The notes beneath the pieces were generated by a model. The model saw nothing but the letters and a program-made list of their open reading frames with translations. It made no database searches and was not told the DNA's origin. From an uncultured Methanosarcinaceae archaeon (GTDB lineage: Archaea > Halobacteriota > Methanosarcinia > Methanosarcinales > Methanosarcinaceae), in assembly GCA_963833425.1 (NCBI GenBank), contig CAWHXP010000012.1, positions 1 to 64,000 on the forward strand: 64,000 nucleotides of DNA. Direction: 5' to 3'. The position numbers and the translations under genes are program-made. Shown in pieces: positions 59,618 to 64,000 of this stretch; within the stretch, counting starts at the first letter, position 1; every line of letters begins with the position of its first letter.

Positions 59618-59707
59618 AGATGATTTCGATAAACATCGAATTTTCACGAATTATTTTTACACCAGTTATGTGCATTTAAAAAAATTTAGTGATTTATCGG
59701 AATCCTC
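59618..59707. mobile_element. ~90-bp MITE with IS5-type TIRs
   Basis: AGATGATTTCGATAAA ... TTTATCGGAATCCTC. Confidence 0.65.
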
Positions 59708-59801
59708 GATATTCAATTGACTTCAATAAATAAAAAACCCAGAAAATAATTATAATTTTCAGAATCAAAGGGAAAAATAAAGAAAAAATTGGAAATAAAA
59801 T

Positions 59802-59831
59802 TTAGGATGAAAAGATTGAACCTCATCCTAA
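59802..59831 (-). terminator. Hairpin downstream of the NosD/PGF gene
   Basis: TTAGGATGA ... TCATCCTAA, followed by T-rich sequence on the minus strand. Confidence 0.4.
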
Positions 59832-59879
59832 CTTTCTTATGCACTGAAATTTTTCGCTCAAATTTTCTTATTTTATGTT

Positions 59880-62807
59880 TTATTTTCTTTTGTACAAGAA
59901 TACAGCTAACAGGGCAGTTATACCAAAAATAATTCCAAATCCAGGCGCGGTGCCTGAATTTTTGTTATTCTCAGACTTTGGCTCACCATTTGCTGGTGTA
60001 TTTACAGTGCTCATATTTTGCTTTGCTGTCATCTTACCAGTTATTACAAAGGGAGATAATCCAGGTGTTTGCGCTGTGAAATAAAGATACTTGTCATCTT
60101 CTCCTGATTTGCTTGTTGGTAATGGATTCCATTCCTTGTCAGAGTACCTGTTGAGGGTGATGGATGACTGATCTATATTATTCTCATGTACCCATGATTT
60201 TTCAACCTTGAAACATAATACCGCATTTTCTAGATTCTTTGAAGTTGCAAATCCACTGTTTCCAACCCAAATATTTAAGTGTTTGTATACAGTATCAGAA
60301 GGCAGACCTGAAGCTTGTAGAGATTTTTCTTTCAGCATCTCGACTATGGTAGTCGTCTTGCCATTGGTCTTCTTCGAATCGAAGCTCACATATACAACAG
60401 AAGTATAGTTCTTTGGGAAATCAAATTTCACAGATTTTCCGCTTGTAATGAAAGCCTGTGAAATTTCTTTACCCACTACATTACTTTGAGGCTCATTGGA
60501 ACTGCTTAAACCTGCACTTTCAATACTACTCCCGCTATTAGAGCTGCTGCTACTGCTGCTACTGCTACTACTACTGCTACTACTGCTGCTACTACTGCTA
60601 TCACTAGAACTACTCTCAGTTGTAGGATTGGTGTTGTAATCAAGAACAGTTATTGTGGTAGCCTTCGAAATCGTGTTATTTTTATTGCTAACTATAAAGT
60701 TAAGGGTGTAGTTTCCTGCTTTGGAATAAGTGTGCTTTGGATTCTGCTCGGTTGAATTAGTTCCGTCTCCAAAATCCCAATTCTTCGATATTGCATTTTG
60801 TGAAAGATCTGTAAGCTGGACATCAAGTGGAGCATAACCATGTGTAGTACTGGCTCTGAAGTCTGCAGCAGAAACTACTACATTTACTAGTGGTAATCTA
60901 TCGACAACATTTACTTCTTTATCGTATATGACATCAGCAATTCCATCGCCGTCTGAATCAGGTGCAGTTTGGGAAAATCCGTCACCAGTAATGCGTGCCC
61001 AGAAGTTACCGCCAAGATATGGCCCATTTACAATGTTTTTGCCTTTAGTCTTTTCTATGTACCAGGTACATTTTGCATTTTTAGCGTCAGTATTCTCAGT
61101 ATTGTTGAGATAGTTATTATAAATCATGTTATTGATGCTTTTAGGACATAGGAAAACACCCTTTTCGTTCCAGATAATATGGTTGCCTGAAATATTGTTG
61201 CTTACAGCAGAGTTTAGGTCAATACCATCGAGAGCATTATAAGATACCGTATTATTTGAAAGAGAGTTATTGTCTGCAGAGTAGAGCCTAATCCCCATAT
61301 TATTATATGGAGCTACATTGCTGGAGAGTATGTTCCGTTTTGAGCTTTCCACGTGGATTCCGATGTTATTGCCTCGTGCTGTATTGCTATCAAGGTAACT
61401 ATTATTTGAATTCACTAAGTAAATCCCATCTCCGCTGTTTGAAATTACACTGTTGTTGACGAGCTTATTATAATTGCTAGTATTCGCAAGACGAATACCG
61501 TTGCCAGTACTGAAATCCACAATGTTATTTGATAGCGTATTATTGTAGCATCCTGAGCCTAGTAAGTAAATACCTTTACCATTTCCAGTTGCATGATTAT
61601 TAGATATCACGTTATTATTTGTTTCCACATAGATGCCATAAAATGAGTTTGAATTTGCAATATTGTTATCCACAAGATTATTTTTGCCACAATAATTAGT
61701 CAGATGAATACCAACGTCACACGAATTTGCATTATTACCTGAAATCGTGTTCCCACTATCTTCATATGTGAAGTAAAGGCCTTCTTTATTTCCATCTGCA
61801 TTGTTTTTAATAATCTTGTTTTTATGGGAATACCTCATAGCTATTCCGTAAAGATTGCTTGAAACTTTATTATTTTGTACAACGTTGCTTTCACAGGTGT
61901 TAAAGAAAATACCATGGTCTGCAGAACTAGCATTGTTATTTGAAATTATGTTCGATTTGGAATTTTGAAGGTTTATACCGTTGGTGTTAGTTCTGTTGAC
62001 CGCACTGTTTGACATTAACACATTGTTATTTGTTAAGTTGTTTTCATCTGACAATGTCAGATAAATCCCATCGTTTTTGTTTGATTTCAAAGTGTTTTCT
62101 GATAGGGTAACACCTTTTGCAGATTCAAGTAATATACCCGAGTTAGTGTTCTGACTTATGGAGTTTCCTGATATAGTACTTCCCTTAGAATTAGAGCCTT
62201 TAATATGAATCCCGTCATGTTGGTTTGAGATCGAATTTCCAGAAACCAGTGTATTGCCAGATTGTTCAATATCGATCCCAGTGCCAGTACCAAAAGTACT
62301 AGTTCTGTTGAAGTTGTTGTTGCGAACCACACTATCAGTAAAACTAGTTAGTCTCACTCCAAGTCCATCGTTTAAAAATATGTTATTTTCAACTGTGCAC
62401 TGTTTACCTTGAGATAGGTAAACTCCTGCCATATCATTTCTGGCTCCAGTAATAGTAAATCCTTTGATTGTTACATGAGTTTTGTATTTAATCGAAATCA
62501 CACCTTTAACTGTAGGACTTGCTGTATTGTCGGCAACAATTATGGTGTCTCCAGGGTTACTAGATGATGACATCAGTACTAAATTATTAAGATTATTAGC
62601 ATAATCTCTGCTTATGTCTATGTTCCCAGTATAAGTTCCGGGTTCTACAATGATTGTATCGTCTGATTTTGCACTGTCCACTGCAGCCTGTATTGAACCT
62701 CCTGGTTGGACGTGAATCTCAGCTGCTGTTCCGACACAGGAGCTTAGTGTAAATATTAAATAGGCCAGTAATAAAATTTTGATGATATTTATGTCTAATT
62801 CCTCCAT
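59880..62807 (-). CDS. Cell-surface protein: NosD/parallel beta-helix + PKD + Ser linker + PGF-pre-PGF + PGF-CTERM
   Basis: 'GSIQAAVD', repeated 'GIYL..S..N.I..N', 'GGNFW...DGDGIAD', PKD 'WDFGDG', poly-Ser, 'YKHLNIWVG...TPGLSPF' and a C-terminal 'PGFG' + TM + KRK. Confidence 0.93.
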   Translation of the reverse strand: MEELDINIIKILLLAYLIFTLSSCVGTAAEIHVQPGGSIQAAVDSAKSDDTIIVEPGTYTGNIDISRDYANNLNNLVLMSSSSNPGDTIIVADNTASPTVKGVISIKYKTHVTIKGFTITGARNDMAGVYLSQGKQCTVENNIFLNDGLGVRLTSFTDSVVRNNNFNRTSTFGTGTGIDIEQSGNTLVSGNSISNQHDGIHIKGSNSKGSTISGNSISQNTNSGILLESAKGVTLSENTLKSNKNDGIYLTLSDENNLTNNNVLMSNSAVNRTNTNGINLQNSKSNIISNNNASSADHGIFFNTCESNVVQNNKVSSNLYGIAMRYSHKNKIIKNNADGNKEGLYFTYEDSGNTISGNNANSCDVGIHLTNYCGKNNLVDNNIANSNSFYGIYVETNNNVISNNHATGNGKGIYLLGSGCYNNTLSNNIVDFSTGNGIRLANTSNYNKLVNNSVISNSGDGIYLVNSNNSYLDSNTARGNNIGIHVESSKRNILSSNVAPYNNMGIRLYSADNNSLSNNTVSYNALDGIDLNSAVSNNISGNHIIWNEKGVFLCPKSINNMIYNNYLNNTENTDAKNAKCTWYIEKTKGKNIVNGPYLGGNFWARITGDGFSQTAPDSDGDGIADVIYDKEVNVVDRLPLVNVVVSAADFRASTTHGYAPLDVQLTDLSQNAISKNWDFGDGTNSTEQNPKHTYSKAGNYTLNFIVSNKNNTISKATTITVLDYNTNPTTESSSSDSSSSSSSSSSSSSSSSSSSSNSGSSIESAGLSSSNEPQSNVVGKEISQAFITSGKSVKFDFPKNYTSVVYVSFDSKKTNGKTTTIVEMLKEKSLQASGLPSDTVYKHLNIWVGNSGFATSKNLENAVLCFKVEKSWVHENNIDQSSITLNRYSDKEWNPLPTSKSGEDDKYLYFTAQTPGLSPFVITGKMTAKQNMSTVNTPANGEPKSENNKNSGTAPGFGIIFGITALLAVFLYKRK

Positions 62808-63349
62808 GAAAGTAGAAAAATCGAGAATGATACTTCCTCTAATTAATTAGAAATTGATTGCAAGTATCATATAAACATATTGGTACAAGTTACTATATTT
62901 CCATATTTATTTATTTTGCGAGAAACTCCAAAATTGTAACTTGTTTAGTGAAATATTTTCATAAACAATTCAATAATTTATTGAGGATTGGAGCTCATCT
63001 CTTATTTATATCTTCATGAGAAAAAAATAAGAGATAAATTCTAATCCTCTATAGTTTTATGGCTTTCGTTCGAATAGATTTGATTAGAGTAGAATTGTTT
63101 AAAACGGAGGAAATTAGCGAGAAATGGCTTGATGATTAGTTTTTTGAGCATTTATAACAATGAATTGCCATTTATTGCATAGTTTTCACTTATTGAAAAA
63201 TAATCAAGTCTTTAGGGAATGAATAAATAGTGAAAAAAGACAAGGATTTTCTTTCGGAAGTAGATAGTCTTTTATGTACATATGGGAAAGTGGACCTAAA
63301 AACTTGATGTATTAATCTAGCCACTTAATATCTTAGCAAATATATAATA

Positions 63350-63600
63350 AAGGTTAATTATCACTCAGCTGAAGACTAAGTGGCTTCTTGGTTCATTCCA
63401 TTGTATCTTGAGACAAGTCCATAAGACGTCACCCTCATGCCACTGATATCAGATTCCAATTAATTTTTAATTAATGGTAAAAAATTTTTTGATGTTTATT
63501 GCAGCGTTAATGCCTATATCATGTTCTGCCTTACAGTCAGGACATTTCTATTCTCTACCATGTAATATCTCTCTATAATTTAAATGAGTCTGCCACTTAA
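63350..63600 (-). mobile_element. tnpB 3' end plus IS200/IS605 right-end relic
   Basis: 'KCPDCKAEHDIGINAAINIKKF', then the end hairpin GAAGCCACTTAGTCTTCAGCTGAGTG, similar to 29011-29036. Confidence 0.75.
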
Positions 63601-63645
63601 TTTCCAGGGAAATAGTCACATCCCTCTTAGGTAATAGATATTACC

Positions 63646-64000
63646 CTATTTTTTTGAGGCTTCTGCGACACTTATTATTTTGTTTGATATATATCTAGAT
63701 TTAGCTTCTTTGATTACATTAACTGCTGCTTCGAGACCTTCCCAACCAATAATCATCACGTGTTTGTTCTCTAAATTTTTATAAGTTTCAAAGAAATGAG
63801 TAATTTCCTTCAACAAGTGTGGGGGTACCTGTTCAATTATTTCTATATAATTCCATACTGGATCACTCTTTGGAACACAGAGTATCTTTTCATCTCTTCC
63901 CGTATCATCTTCCATATCAAACAATGCGACAGGATATACATCAATTACACATCCTGGAAATGTAGGTTCCCATGTTAAAACAAGGGCATCTAAAGGATCA
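63646..64000 (-). CDS. ppa: Family I inorganic pyrophosphatase, 5'-partial
   Basis: 'DPLDALVLTWEPTFPGCVI...MEDDTGRDEKILCVP...EITHFFETYKNLE'. Confidence 0.93.
   Translation of the reverse strand, partial: DPLDALVLTWEPTFPGCVIDVYPVALFDMEDDTGRDEKILCVPKSDPVWNYIEIIEQVPPHLLKEITHFFETYKNLENKHVMIIGWEGLEAAVNVIKEAKSRYISNKIISVAEASKK

Noticed and set aside
60540..60615. (CTA/CTG)n microsatellite
   Set aside because: It encodes the ordinary Ser-rich linker of the PGF-pre-PGF protein.

Overview
The window is composite. It looks like at least four unrelated fragments joined mid-gene, and it has many single-base frameshifts that resemble long-read error. (1) 1-~8175 is high-GC and Planctomycete-like: two YdcF/DUF218 paralogues, an ECF sigma/anti-sigma pair, a large alpha/beta hydrolase, a COX15-like protein and a 5' part of purF. 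(2) ~8175-11460 is very high GC: S9 peptidase, M20 amidohydrolase and a truncated amidase. (3) ~11460-12366 holds a truncated GH3 beta-glucosidase. (4) 12367-64000 is AT-rich Methanosarcina-like archaeal DNA: proS-ZPR1-sepF-PUA, Isf, YVTN/TPR and NosD/PKD/PGF surface proteins, an N-type ATPase operon, and many IS5/IS6/IS630/IS605 relics and MITEs. The main finding is a two-gene archaeal locus at 12678-14939. A small helical protein and an adjacent NB-ARC/STAND-TPR receptor share the same 24-residue N-terminal RHIM-like motif (13/24 identical, same residue positions), a candidate NLR-amyloid signalling or cell-death system with the motif at the effector's N-terminus. Also notable are an N-ATPase operon whose catalytic beta gene (atpD) is heavily decayed while the other subunits stay readable, and a candidate C-rich-loop sRNA with its own TATA box at ~30610-30760. 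Taxonomic calls and family names come from motif recognition by eye; no searches were run.
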